NCBI RefSeq assembly: GCF_035594765.1 | Contig: NW_026943826.1 | Location: forward strand, 13,309,325-13,373,324 | From: Anolis carolinensis | Taxonomy: Eukaryota | Direction: 5' to 3' | Length of the DNA stretch: 64,000 nucleotides | In this document: positions 1 to 12,624 of the stretch, one piece after another | How the letters are laid out: each line of letters begins with the position of its first letter | Position numbering within the stretch: position 1 is the stretch's first letter | Translations under genes and position numbers: made by a program | Notes under the pieces: generated by a model | The model's database searches: none | The model's input: the letters and a program-made list of their open reading frames with translations, nothing else | Told to the model about the DNA's origin: nothing

Positions 1-762
1 CTCAGAGCTGGACAAGGGAGAAGGTAGGCCTCAGAGCTGGAGTAAGGAGAAAATACACCTCAAAGCTTGAGAAAGTAGACCCTCTCAGAGCTGGACAAGG
101 GAGAAGGTAGGCCTCAGAGCTGGAGTAAGGAGAAAATACACCTCAAAGCTTGAGAAAGTAGACCCTCTCAGAGCTGGACAAGGGAGAAGGTAGGCCTCAG
201 AGCTGGAGAAGGGAGACAGTAGATTCTCTCATAGCTGGCGAAGGGAGAAAGTACTTCTCAGCTGGAGAAAGGAGAATGTAGACCCTTTCAGAGCTGGGGA
301 AGAGAGAAACTCGGCCTCAGATCTGGAAAAAGTAGGCCTCAGGGTCTCCTTAGAGCTTAGTAGTCTGGAGATGGTAGACCTCAGAGCTGGAGCAAAGAGG
401 AAATACACCTCAGAGCTTGAGAAAGTAGACCTCAGAGCTGGACAAGGGAGAAGGTAGGCCTCAGAGCTGGAGAAGGGAGAAGGTAGGCCTCAGAGCTGGA
501 GTAAGGAGAAAATACACCTCAAAGCTTGAGAAAGTAGACCCTCTCAGAGCTGGACAAGGGAGAAGGTAGGCCTCAGAGCTGGAGAAGGGAGACAGTAGAT
601 TCTCTCATAGCTGGAGAAGGGAGAAAGTACTTCTCAGCTGGAGAAAGGAGAATGTAGACCCTTTCAGAGCTGGAGAAGACAGTCAGCCTCAGATCTGGAG
701 AAGATAGATAGGCCTCAGAGCTGGAGAAGGGAGAAGGTAGGCCTCAGAGCTGGAGAAGGCCC
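1..762. repeat. Purine-rich minisatellite (~30-bp cctcagagctggagaagggagaaggtagg-type units) in VPS13D intron
   Basis: Repeated ctcagagctgga cores with higher-order duplication. Confidence 0.9.
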
Positions 763-788
763 TCAACCTATCATCTCCCCCTCTGTAG

Positions 789-1029
789 CTTCATCGCCGT
801 GGAGAACATCGACAGCTACTGCGTGATCATCACGTCCAAGGCGGTCTACTTCCTCAAGAGCGGGGAGGCCATGGACCGGGAGGCCATCTTCCTGGAGGTC
901 AAGTACGACGACCTCTACCACTGCCTGGTCTCCAAGGACCACGGCAAGGTCTACGTCCAGCTCACCAAGAAGGCCGTCAACTCCAGCAGCGGGGTCGCCA
1001 TGCCCGGCCCGTCCCATCAGAAGCCTATG
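789..1029 (+). CDS. VPS13D: VPS13D penultimate coding exon
   Basis: FIAVENIDSYCVIITSKAVYFLKSG...KDHGKVYVQLTKK...GPSHQKPM matches the vertebrate VPS13D C-terminus; tgtag acceptor, GT donor at 1030. Confidence 0.95.
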
Positions 1030-1129
1030 GTTCGTCCCTCAATCCCGTAGACGCAATGTAAGGGCTTGGGCTAAGGGTCACGTTCTTCTGGTTGAGTCCC
1101 AACAGTCCTCCCTTTTCTTCCCTCCACAG

Positions 1130-1261
1130 GTCCACGTCACGTCCGAGGAGCTGGCGGTGAAGTTGTCTCAGGAAATCAACTATGCAAAAAGCCTCTTCTA
1201 CGAGCAGCAGCTGATGCTGAGGCCCAGCGAGCACCAAGAACAACTGGAGCTCGACGCCTGA
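1130..1261 (+). CDS. VPS13D: VPS13D last coding exon
   Basis: ccacag acceptor; VHVTSEELAVKLSQEINYAKSLFYEQQLMLRPSEHQEQLELDA-TGA. Confidence 0.95.
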   Translation, partial: VHVTSEELAVKLSQEINYAKSLFYEQQLMLRPSEHQEQLELDA

Positions 1262-1271
1262 GACGAGACGA

Positions 1272-2040
1272 GCATCCGGAACACATCCAGAATATTTCTC
1301 TGGGCATCCGAAATAGATCCGGAATATTTTTCAAGTGTATGGAATAGATCCGGAATATTTCTCGGCTGTCCGGATTATTTCTTGGACGTCTGGAACACAT
1401 CCAGAATATTTTTTGGTTGTCCGAAATCGATCTGAATATTTTTCGGGTGTCCGTAATATTTCTTGGACATCCGGAACACATCCAGAATATTTTTTGGTTG
1501 TCCGAAATCGATCTGAATATTTCTCAGATGTCCGAAATAGATCCGGAATATTTCTCAGATGTCCGGAACACATCTGGAATATTTATCGGGTGTCCGGAAT
1601 ATTTCTCGGGTGTCCGAAATAGATCTGTAATATTTCTTGGACATCCGGAACACATCCGGAATATTTTTTGGTTGTCCGAAATCGATCTGAATATTTCTCG
1701 GGTGTCCGAAATAGATCCGAAATATTTCTCGGACGTCCGAAATAGATCGGAAATATTTCTTGGGCATCTGGAACACATCCGTAATATTTCTCGGGTGTCT
1801 GAAATAAATCTGGAATATTTCTCGGGCATCCGGAACACATCCGGAATAATTCTCGAGTGTCCAAAATAGATCTGGAATATTTTTTGGGCATCCAGAAGAC
1901 ATCCGGAATATTTCTCGGGTATCTGAAATAGATCGGAAATATTTTTCGGGCATCCTGAGTACATCCAGAATATTTCTTGGGTGTCTGGAACACATTCGGA
2001 ATAATTCTCGGATATCCGAAATAGTTCCGGAATATTTCTT
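1272..2040. repeat. ~31-bp palindrome-rich minisatellite in VPS13D 3'UTR
   Basis: atccggaatatttctcgggtgtccgaaatag-type units starting right after the stop codon. Confidence 0.9.
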
Positions 2041-2730
2041 GAAGAGACCCCGGGTCTTGGCACTTTTTACGCTCAAGAGACTCCTTTGGTATACATTCAG
2101 CCCTGTATTTTCTTACCGTTTTTTTGTGCGTGTGTGTATATATATACATACCTATATACGTATATATCTATATATCTATACATACATGTATATGTATGTA
2201 CAACCCGCGATACGTGTAAATACGGAAAAGGGCACAGCAGGGTTTTGGGCGGGAGTGTATAAAGGTCTATCCCGTGTAAAGAAATTAATAAGAGTTCTAC
2301 GGAGTTTTCTATTGCACTGACGTGTTTTCCAAGACAGCACATACATACATGTATGTAAAAATAGTAAATATTATTCTGGTTTTGTACCTGAGAAGGTGCC
2401 GATCCACACTGGAAGGTTGCCCGGATGGCTTAGAAGTTGAGTTATATGCAAACCAAACAGTACAAAGTCCACCTATATATATATATAAATCGATATACAC
2501 GAAAAATCGGATTTCCGATATGTTTCGTGCATCCGAGGTGCACTGGGGAGGAGGAGACGTTGCCTTGAAGCTTCGCCTTTCAACGCAAGGAAAGAAGGGG
2601 AAGCACTCGACAAAAACGCGCACAAAAAGTATTCGCCTTAAATCGTAACTCGGACCGGGGACGGGGCGGAAGATTTCGACAATCGCAGCGTCGGAAAGTT
2701 CGTAAAGTTTGGTTCTGTAGTCTGTGGGTT

Positions 2731-2736
2731 AATAAA
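2731..2736 (+). terminator. Candidate VPS13D polyadenylation signal
   Basis: AATAAA followed by GT/T-rich sequence, ~1.5 kb after the stop. Confidence 0.5.
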
Positions 2737-2802
2737 ATACTACTGCTGCTATTTGGTCTTATATTGTTATTGTATTGTCGAAGGCTTTCATGGGTGAAAT
2801 CG

Positions 2803-3490
2803 TGTCATGATCGCCAATCTTTGACATCTCTGGTCGGCTGACAAAGAACAGATGCCAGCCATAAAACCTCAATTACCCTCTGGTATGTGAGAGCCCCTAA
2901 ATAAATGGGCTAAAGAGAACGTTCTGGTATTCTGTACAATAAAACCTGTTGGAATCTACCAGCGAGTGTCTTGGACGGGCCAGCCATAAAACCTCAATGA
3001 CCCTCTGGTATGTGAGAGCCCCTATATAAATGGGCCAAAGAGAAGGTTCTGGTATTCTGTACAATGAAACCTGTTGGAATCTACTAGCGTGTGTCTTGGA
3101 CGGGCCAGGCATAAAACCTCAATTACCCTCTGGTATGTGAGAGCCCCTATATAAATGGGCCAAAGAGAAGGTTCTGGTATTCTGTACAATTAAACCTGTT
3201 GGAATCTACTAGCGTGTGTCTTGGACGGGCCAGCCATAAAACCTCAATTACCCTCTGGTATGTGAGAGCCCCTAAATAAATGGGCCAAAGAGAAGGTTCT
3301 GGTATTCTGTACAATAAAACCTGTTGGAATCTACTAGCGTGAGTCTTGGACGGGCCAGCCATAAAACCTCAATTACCCTCTGGTATGTGAGAGCCCCTAT
3401 ATAAATGGGCCAAAGAGAAGGTTCTGGTATTCTGTACAATAAAACCTGTTGGAATCTACCAGCGTAGATTGGTGAGAAGAGAACCCAACA
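2803..3490 (+). mobile_element. Solo LTR with internal 125-bp tandem amplification, inserted in a Penelope fragment
   Basis: TG...CA termini, 5-bp TSD AATCG (2798-2802, 3491-3495), TATA-like and AATAAA motifs; the flanks rejoin into a Penelope end. Confidence 0.8.
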
Positions 3491-4029
3491 AATCGCTGGG
3501 TTGCTGTGAGTCTTTCAGGCTGCCTGGCCATGTTCCAGAAGCATTCTCTCCTGACGTGTCTCCCACGTCTATGGCAGAGCTCTGGCGTACTCAATCTTGA
3601 ACCAGTTTCCCAATCTGTAGTCGTCTGACCAGCTCTCGGCCCCACTTGGAGCCCCTTGACCCATTCCTTGGGGGTCTTGTTGGGCTTGGCCGGGAAGGAG
3701 CGGAGTGAGCGAGAAGAAGGAGCGGGAAGGAAGCCATCTGCCTCTGCCGGCCCATTACTCTTGTTGAGTGACACTTTAATGAGGGTACCAGGGGTCACCC
3801 CCATGCCGAGGGGCCGGTTCATGCCCCGTTTATCTCTCTCTCGCCCGCCCGCCCCAGCCCAAAATAGCCGCGCTTCACCGGCCTGTGACCCGGGAAACCT
3901 CCCATGATGGATTGAGTGGCTGAGGCAAGTTGGCAGCTAAAGTGTGGAGGAGCCGTTTCGTTCTGTCAGCACAACACAATGGATGAGCCCCTCCGTCCCT
4001 GGGCTTGCTTTCCTCGGAGGCCGAGTCGG

Positions 4030-5115
4030 AGGAGAACCTACTCTGGGTGGAAGGATGGATGGAGACTGGAGAACCTACTCTAGGTGGAAGGATGGATGGA
4101 GACTGGAGAACCTACTCTAGGTGGAAGGATGGATGGAGACTGGAGAACTTACACTGGGAGGAAGGATGGATGGAGACTGGAGAACCTACACCAGGTGGAA
4201 GGATGGATGGAGATACTGTGTGGAAGGATGGATGGAGACTGGAGAACTTACACTGGGAGGAAGAACGGATGGAGACTGGAGAACCTACTCTGGGTGGAAG
4301 GATGGATGGAGATTGGAGAACCTACTCTGGGTGGAAGGATGGATAGAGATACTGTGTGGAAGGATGGATGGAGACCGGAGAACTTACACTGGGTAGAAGG
4401 GTCGGTAGAGACACTGTGTGGAAAGATGGATGGAGACTGGAGAAGCTACTCTAGGTGGAAGGATGGATGGAGACACTGGATGGAAGGATGGTTAGAGACT
4501 GGAGAAGCTACTCTAGGTGGAAGGATGGATGGAGACACTGGATGGAAGGATGGATGGAGACTGGAGAACCTACTCTAGGTGGAAGGATGGATGAAGACTG
4601 GAGAACTTACACTGGGAGGAAGAACGGATGGAGACTGGAGAACCTACTCTGGGTGGAAGGATGGATGGAGACTGTGTGGAAGGATGGATGGAGACACTGT
4701 GTAGAAGGATGAATGGAGACTGGAGAAGCTACTCTAGGTGGAAGGATGGATGGAGACACTGTGTGGAAGGATGAATGGAGACTGGAGAAGCTACTCTAGG
4801 TGGAAGAACGGATGGAGACACTGGATGGAGACTGGAGAATCTACTCTGGGTAGAGGTTGGTGGAGACACTGTGGAAGGATGGATGGAGACTGGAGAAACT
4901 ACTCTAGGTGGAAGAACGGATGGAGACACTGGATGGAAGGATGGATGGAGACTGGAGAACCTACTCTAGGTGGAAGGATGGATGAAGACTGTGTGAAAGG
5001 ATGGATGGAGACTGGAGAAGCTACTCTAGGTGGAAGAACGGATGGAGACATTGAATGGAAGGATGGATGGACACTGGAGAACTTACTCTAGGTGGAAGGA
5101 TGATTGGAGACTGGA
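4030..5115. repeat. Minisatellite (ggatggatggagactggagaacctactctaggtggaa-type)
   Basis: Obvious tandem units; explains the many repetitive ORFs here. Confidence 0.9.
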
Positions 5116-6424
5116 CAACACAACGCAGTCCCGTCCCTGGTTTCCCTTGGAGGCGTCCTCCACCAGCTGGACTGGAGTAGAACCTACATTGGGTGGATGG
5201 GTGGATGGAGAGGTGGATCAATAAGGAGATGATAGAAAGAAATTGGTAGTTATGTGTTGTGGAAGGTGGAGTCTGGGGAAAATAGACCTTGGCATTTGGG
5301 AGTTGTAGTTCCCCTACATCCAGAGAGCAGTGTGGACTCGGACAAGGATGGATCTGGACCAAACTTGACACGGATACTCAATAGGCCCAAATGTGAACAC
5401 TGGTGGAGTTTGGAAGAAATGGATCTTGACATTTAGGAGTTGTAGTTGCTACAATAGTTCACCTACAATCAAGGAGCCTTCAGTACTCCACCAATGATGG
5501 AACTGAACAAATCTTGGCAGACAGAAAGAACTCTATAGACTCACAGAAGACATGCAGACGGCAAGGCCAAGAAGGGAGTAGGAGTTGGCCGGGCTCCTCC
5601 GGTGAAAAGTTCACCCGCAGAGGCCCACACTGCACACCACTACTACTACCACGACTATGACGCTCTCCCGGTTAATTGATCTGCTCCTTGGCTCACCTCG
5701 CTCTGAACCCGAGGCACCTCTCTTGAGAGGGTTCGTGTCAAAGCCCGAGGCGTCTGCCAAACCCGCCCTCGTTTTCGGCCGGGCCTCTGACCTTTGACGT
5801 GGGTCAGAAGATAGATTTAGGAAAGCCTGCAAGAGCTTCGTTTCCTACGCAAGCCCATTACAACAATAATATTAAAAGTATGGCTTGCTGTGAGTTTCCT
5901 GCCCTATCTGACCATGTTCCGGAAGCATTCTCTCCTGACGTTTCACCCAGGTTGCGAGGTCTGTTGGAAAATAGGAAAATAAGGAAGAACTCTTGTCTGT
6001 TGGAGGCAAGTTGTGGATGTTGCCATGAGCACTGAATAGCCTCAACGCTTCTCATGGGAAGCTAGAGCTGACAGGCGGGAGCTCACCCCCTTCTCAGCTG
6101 CCGTTCAGGTCATCTACACAGCCGGGTACTTACTACGTCTTGCCTTCCTTCCTTTCTCTCCTAGGAAAGCAATCAGCCTACAAACCCTTTGGCTCCAATC
6201 TCTTCCAGATGTGGTCGACATCTGGATACAAGATGCTGGAGCGTTCTCCTTTCTGAGGAGAGGCGAAGAAGGGCAGCCTTCGTCCCCAACGAAACAACAA
6301 AACAAAACGGGAACACGGAAATCCCTCTGAGGATTCCTCCGACACTGCTTTCCAAGCATCATATACGGCAGGTTGCACCATGTCCCAAAATTTGAAAGCA
6401 TTATTTCTTATTTCATTGAAAGCA

Positions 6425-7687
6425 CGGTAGAGTCCTGGTTATCCGACTTCCGCTCATCCGACACTCCGTATTATCCGAGAGGCTGCAAAGGCGAGAGCGG
6501 CCTTAGAAGCAGGAGCCTGGCCGCCTCCTCCAGGCTCCTCTTTCTGCCGTCACTGTCGCTTTTACAGCCTGTCCTCCTTCCCTCTCTCACTCACTCACTC
6601 ACTCACCTGCCTTCTTTCTCCCTCTCCCTCCTACTCACTAAGACCCGGCTGGTGAGTGAGTGAGTGAGTGAGGGAGGGAGACTGCAAAGGTAATTGCTGC
6701 AATAGAAGCAGGAGCCTGGCTGCCTCTTCCAGGATCCTCTTTCTGCCCTCACTGTATATTTTACAGCCTGCCCTTCCTCCCTCTCTCACTCACTCATCTG
6801 TCTTCTTTCTCCCTCTACCTCCTACTCACTAAGACCCGGCCGGTGAGTGAGAGATGGAGAGCAGGCTGCAAAGGAAACCAGCATTAGAAGCAGGAGCCTG
6901 GCCGCCTCTTCCAGGCTCCTCTTCTTGCCGCTGCTGTTGCCTTTGTAGCCTGCCCTTCCTCCTTCTTTCACTCACTCACTCATCTGTCTTCTTTCTCCCT
7001 CTCCCTCCTCACTAAGACTCGGCCGGTGAGTGAGTGAGAGAGGGCGGGAGGGCAGGCTGCAAAGGCAACAGCGGCGTTAGAAGCAGGAGCCTGGCCACCT
7101 CTTCCAGGCTCCTCTTTCTGCCGCCGCTGTCGCTTTTACAGCCTGCCCTTCCTCCCTCCCTCACTCACTCACCTGCCTTCTTTCTCCCTCTACCTCCTAC
7201 TCACTAAGACCCGGCCGGTGAGTGAGAGAGGGAGGGCAGGCTGCAAAGGCGACAGCGGCGTTAGAAGCAGGAGCCTGGCCGCCTCTTCCAGGCTCCTCTT
7301 CTTGCCGCCGCTGTCGCCTTTGCAGCCTGTCCTTCCTCCCTCCCTCACTCACTCACTCACTCATCTGCCTTCTTTCTCCCTCTCCATCCTACTCACTAAG
7401 ACCTGGCCTGGTGAGTGAGAGAGGAAGGGAGGCTACAAAGGCGACAACGGCGTTAGAAGCAGGAGCCTGGCCGCCTCTTCCAGGCTCCTCTTCTTGCCGC
7501 TGCTGTTGCTTTTGCAGCCTGCCCTCCCTCCATCTCTCATTCACTCATGCCGACAGAACCCAGCCCAGTGAGTGAGTGAGCGAACAAGGGAGGGCAGGTG
7601 AGCGAGTGGACACTATCCCTCCCTATTATCCAACTGTTATCCGACATTGTTCCCGCCTGTTTATGTCGGATAACCGAGACCCTACTG
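6425..7687. mobile_element. Tc1/mariner-superfamily (pogo/Tigger-like) non-autonomous element with internal ~180-bp tandem array
   Basis: Imperfect TIRs cggtagagtcctggttatccgac / gtcggataaccgagaccctactg, right flank TA; ~6 internal units. Confidence 0.65.
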
Positions 7688-8822
7688 TAGTTGATCTCTT
7701 CCAGAAACTTCGTTTTTGTGCCTGCCACAAAGTTTGTGCAGTTCTATCAACTTTCCCCATGTTTTGGTGATAGAACCAATTAGGAAATGACATGGATCAC
7801 TCAGGAACAAAAACCGTGATGGACTCAGGAACAATTCCTTTCAAACCACTCTGACATTCAATACTACGTCGATCACTTTGGCTGTGACTTGCGTTTTCGG
7901 AGGAAACAAGTCGAGTCAGAGACAACGTTGGCATTGTTTGGCGAACCCTTTATATCGGCTTCAACCATCCGGCGGGTTTGTGCTTGTCGAGGAATTACAT
8001 AGTAAACGGCAACAAGTGGGGAGAGCCAAACAAGCTCTGGACGTCTTTCTGGAAGGATTTATTCCTTCCCAACGATTCCCACAAATGCAACCACCCGCCA
8101 ACCGCCCGTCGGAAGACAAATCTTGGGAACGCCACACTTCATATTATGTAGCATAATTTGTCGCTCCATATAAACGAGAAGGTCTCGACAACGAAAATGT
8201 CCATATTAAGCTCCTGGAAGTCGAGGTGGTAGGTTTCGGAGTACGTGAGGATGCAAGAATCAAGAATCCATTGGGCGGTTAACATTGCGACCCAATTGTC
8301 CCTGAAGGTCGCCGGACAAAGTGAGAGCTCTACAAAGCAAAGGATTGGATCCAGACTTAGAGGAGACCCATTGAAATCAAGCATGGCCCCCGTTTCAGAA
8401 GAGTCCAAAGTCAGATCCCGTAAAACGGGAGGCCGCAAAGATGAGCGGATATGGGGTGTGCGGATATGGGATGCGCGGATACGGGGTGCGCGGATACGGG
8501 GTGCGCGGATCTGGGATGCGCGGATACGGAGTCTCCCACGTGCAGAAATTAACCTTGCTGATCTTCCCAAGCTAGCGGACCAGGTAAGCCTTGAAGAAGA
8601 AAGAGAAGCAGACGTTCCCGACCTCCCGCAAAACCCGTTCACGATGAAACCCGTTTGCCGTACGTCGGGAAAACCGTCGTAAACGGAAGCGTTTGGTTCC
8701 TAAGGGATTAGACCCCAAAACGTCCCGAGCCGTTGTGTCTGTCCGCGTCGCGGAGGCTCTCGTCGTAACACAACGCGGTAACACGCTCTTCCCGAGATGC
8801 CGTTCCTGCTCGTTTGCGGCGT

Positions 8823-8907
8823 CTACGAGCGGCCTTTGAAAGTGTTCATGCAGGTGTAGCTCCCGGAGAACTTGTGGATTTCCTCGAGGGCGGCCTGCGG
8901 AAGGATG
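8823..8907 (-). CDS. DHRS3: DHRS3 exon 6 (terminal)
   Basis: [30 protein letters not shown]; ttgcag acceptor. Confidence 0.95.
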
Positions 8908-9583
8908 CTGCAAGAAGAAAGTGGAGAGAATGAGCCAAGCGTAACCCGACAACGTCATCCCGTCGGATGACAAAACCTGTCTGCACAGATACAACAAGGT
9001 CTACAGTAATGATGACATTCTGTTCCTGGTTTGAAAGTGTCTGTTCCTGTTTCGTGGTGTACCACTTGACGTGAAAGTACTTGTTGCACCCCAGGAACTT
9101 CATTTTCCTGCCAACAACTTCATGAAACAGGTGAAGGACGACGTTGCTCTTCCCAGGACAAAGTTTGTGCCTTCTACTCAAGTGTCACCTCCTTTTTAGG
9201 AACCGGCCAATCGGGAACAAATATCTAAAACCCGAACCCAGATTAAAGAATTCAGTGATTTCCGATTGCAGGTCCGGAAACAAATCCAGATTTGAAAATC
9301 CCGTAATTTCTGATTGCAGGGACATTCAGATATGTGAAGATCGGGATTTCCGGCTCAAAACCGGGATATTCCGGCACCTGGAAGTCTCGTGTTTTTTGCC
9401 TTTTGTTGCGGTTGCTTCCAAATTTACAGGGAACGGCTTCTGGCCATTGAGTAGAATATAATAATGTATAATAATATGATAATTGTGTATTATATACTAC
9501 ATATAATATTACTAGCAATATGGCAGTATAGTGGTATAGTACAATACTGATATCGTACTATGCTATTGTATGTATATATAATA

Positions 9584-10244
9584 CTAGCTGTGCCCGGCCA
9601 CGCGTTGCTGTGGCAAAGTGGTGGTGGTATTGGTTAAAAATTGTCGCGTAATTTTTATTTGACGTTATTTGTAATTTTTTTAATTAATTTTATTGTAAGT
9701 TATCTTTTTATTTATTATATTTTATTATTGTATTGTATTAATTTTTAGTGTCTTAAATTATTTTTTATTATTTTTTATTGGGTTGCTAGGAGACCAAGTT
9801 GGAGGAGCTTAGCCTTCTAACTGGCAGCAATTGGAGAAAAGCAATTATTCCTCTCTCTCTCTAATTAGGACTTTATTTTTCTTTTCTTTTTGTTGTATCA
9901 ACCTAGAGGCGTGGATGATGGGTTGTGTTGTCAAATTTCGAGGTTGGGGGGCCTGTAGCTTTGTTGTTTTGTGGGTCGCCGTGATGCCATCACTCTTTTA
10001 TATATATAGATGACTAGCTTTGCCCGGCCACGTGTTGCTGTGGCTTATGGGAATCCTTTGTTGGCCAGGTGGCATAGCAGTGAATAGCCTTGCAGTCTCA
10101 AAGCCTGGCCGTTTTCTGGAGTAGCTGGAGCTTTTTGTTGTATGAACATAGAGGTATGGATGAGGGGTTGTGCTGCCAGGTTTAGTGTTTCTGGGATGTG
10201 TAGTTTTGTTGGCCGAAATTTCATTACCCTTTTATATATATAGA
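9584..10244 (-). mobile_element. Two tandem non-autonomous Helitrons (9584-10010, 10014-10244)
   Basis: On the minus strand: 5' TC, subterminal GCCAC..GTGGC hairpin, 3' CTAG, inserted between A and T. Confidence 0.75.
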
Positions 10245-10404
10245 TAATGTGTATACATCGTAAAACCACGTCAATAACCCTTAGGAATCAGGCAAAGAGC
10301 TAGTATAGGATATCAGTGAATAGTCTTGCTAGTTTGGAGTCACCTTTCTCGGTTCGGCACGAAGGCGAGACCACAAGGACCGGGACCGGGCGACCAAAGC
10401 CTAC

Positions 10405-10530
10405 CTTTTCAAGATGACGAGGATGTGCATCGTCCACGGAAGGAGGAGGAATGCTTGGTTCTGCCGAACGGCTTCCACCGTCCTCTGGGCCACCGTCTCC
10501 GGCTTTAAAGGAGGGAAGAGGTTGGGGAAC
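10405..10530 (-). CDS. DHRS3: DHRS3 exon 5
   Basis: [41 protein letters not shown]; AG/GT sites, 126 nt. Confidence 0.95.
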
Positions 10531-10956
10531 CTGAAAGACAAACACAGCCCCTGAAAGAGAGACGAAGCGCAACGTTCTCAAAGGACATTTCCCGCCCGGG
10601 ACGGATTGCGCGATCCCGCTTCGCCCTGTTCATCCCGCGCACGGAAAGGCCTCGTCTCAAAATACTTCCCATCCTCCGATCCTGTGGAACAAATGGGGGG
10701 CTAGTAATTTTACTACTATGTTATTAAGTTAATTCTTCCGCTTGACTAGTTCCGAACAGACCTCACTACCTCCGAGGAAGCCTGCCATAGATGTGGGTGA
10801 AATGTCAGGAGCATGGCCAGACAACCCAGAAAAATCACAGCAACTCATCGACCCGAGTACTTGGCAACACCAAGCCTTCATCCTATAGTTTGGTCAACCT
10901 GCCAACCCTCTGTTCCTCTCTGTCCTGCACGTGGCACCCCCCGTGTTGGCTCTGAC

Positions 10957-11195
10957 CTGATCCGCATGCCTTGGAACATCTCCGTGCTGGTGTGGAAGGG
11001 CAGGACGGTGGTGGCGTTCACCCCAGGGCAATCCAGCAGCCCCAGCGTCAAGCTCTCCATGAAGGCAAAGGAGGAGGCTTTGGAAGTGCAGTAGTCGATG
11101 GCTCCGGGGATGGCGGACAGAGCCAGGATGGAGTTGAGGCAAACAATGTGCCCGTTCTGGAGCTCCAGCATCCGCGGCAGGAAGGCCTTTGTCGT
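10957..11195 (-). CDS. DHRS3: DHRS3 exon 4 (catalytic YxxxK)
   Basis: [22 protein letters not shown]...DYCTSK...FQGMRI; 239 nt. Confidence 0.97.
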
Positions 11196-12150
11196 CTGCA
11201 GGTCGGGAGACAGCAAGGAACCTGGGTGAGATCTAGCGGGACTAGGCTTCACTCCCACGAGAAACTAGTGTGACTTGGTGGTTGGCCTTCGACTCTTTGA
11301 CTCAGGAAAATATGACATGAAAGCGAGGCCAGAATCTCCAATCACGGAACGCAAGGAAACATACGGGAATACCTGGAATCCCTTTGTTTATCTTTCAAAC
11401 GCTGAGAAAACCTTAATTGCTTTTGCTTGGCACAATCTCGCTGTAACTGAAGACGCTGAGTGATGGGCAACAATCCAACGTCTTCCACCTCCCTCACATC
11501 TTTCCTAGGTTCATGGAGAACCTCTGGAAGCAGAGCCTCAGGCAGTATTTCATGAGAGACATCCTCACTGACAGCAGATCTATCCAGGGAAGAACTACTT
11601 TCTCTCTAAGGCACCACAGAAGTGGTGGGCTCCTGTTCAGGAGCACAAGGCCCCACCAAAGGGTTCCCCTCTTCCTCCTCAGACCGGGCCTCAACAGGAA
11701 GGACAAGTCCAAATTGAGGTCCCCAAAATTGTGGGTCCATGCTCACACCATGCTAAGCTGAGGCTATTGTACTTTGGACACATCACTATCATGGACCGAA
11801 ATGATCTCCGTTTTTGGAAGCCTACAAGGACCACCAATGCATCCAAGATACTGTAGACCAGTGGTTCTCAACCTGGCCTACTCCCAGAAATCCCGGCCAG
11901 TTTACCAGCTGTTAGTATTTCTGTGAGTTGAGACACAGACATTGAGACCCACAGCTGTAGACTCAATTGGCAAAACCACCCCTGAGTCCTGAGACCCTAC
12001 AACATGCATGAGGTCCCCATAAATCCACCGGTGACTTGAAGGCACAAGATCTGACCGGCCTTTCTCGTTGGAAAAGGCGAGTAAAATGCTAGGGGGAAAG
12101 TAGGGAAACGTTGTGGGAAGTAGGAGGCGGAGACTGGAACGTCTTCCTAC

Positions 12151-12270
12151 CCAGAATTGTCCCAACGTGTTGATGTGCTGCGACTTCAGCAGAGCGTCAT
12201 CGTCGCTGTCCATGAGGCTCTTGCCGTGCACCACGGCTGCGTTGTTCACAAGGATGGTGATGTCTCCCAC
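12151..12270 (-). CDS. DHRS3: DHRS3 exon 3
   Basis: [40 protein letters not shown]; 120 nt. Confidence 0.97.
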
Positions 12271-12363
12271 CTGGGATGAGAAAGAAGAACGGGATATGAA
12301 TACTGTAAGTAAATAAATAAACAAGGACGCCATAACATCCCCGCTTCTCCTTCCTCGACCTAC

Positions 12364-12507
12364 CTTCTCGCGGACCGCTTTGGCCTGCCGGTAGACCTCC
12401 TCCCGGTTGCCCACGTCGCAGATGAAGTAGTGGCACTCGGTGCCCATGGCTTGGATCTCCTCGGCCGCTTCCTTCAAGCACTTCTCCGTCCGGCCCCAGA
12501 GGATGAT
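12364..12507 (-). CDS. DHRS3: DHRS3 exon 2
   Basis: [48 protein letters not shown]; 144 nt. Confidence 0.97.
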
Positions 12508-12624
12508 CTGCAACGAAGGGGTCGGCCGGTTATTATAGGGATGGTTCGGGGTGTTGGTAGAACATTGGGTTGGTTTCCTATCATACTTTGGAGACCTCAT
12601 GATCACCATTTTTGGAAGCCTACC

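Noticed and set aside
1030-1050. Alternative VPS13D C-terminus VRPSIP by read-through of the GTTCGT donor
   Set aside because: The conserved terminal exon follows with a good acceptor; no evidence for intron retention
1176-2149. Multiple 80-190 aa ORFs on both strands
   Set aside because: Translations of the 3'UTR minisatellite; no protein family signal
2857-3465. Regularly spaced repeats superficially like a CRISPR array (also 16815-17985, 38168-39365, 41905-43282)
   Set aside because: No unique spacers and no cas genes; eukaryotic tandem repeats
8139-8682. ORFs with IRAPR/RIWGA repeats
   Set aside because: Caused by a 15-bp tandem repeat in the DHRS3 3' region
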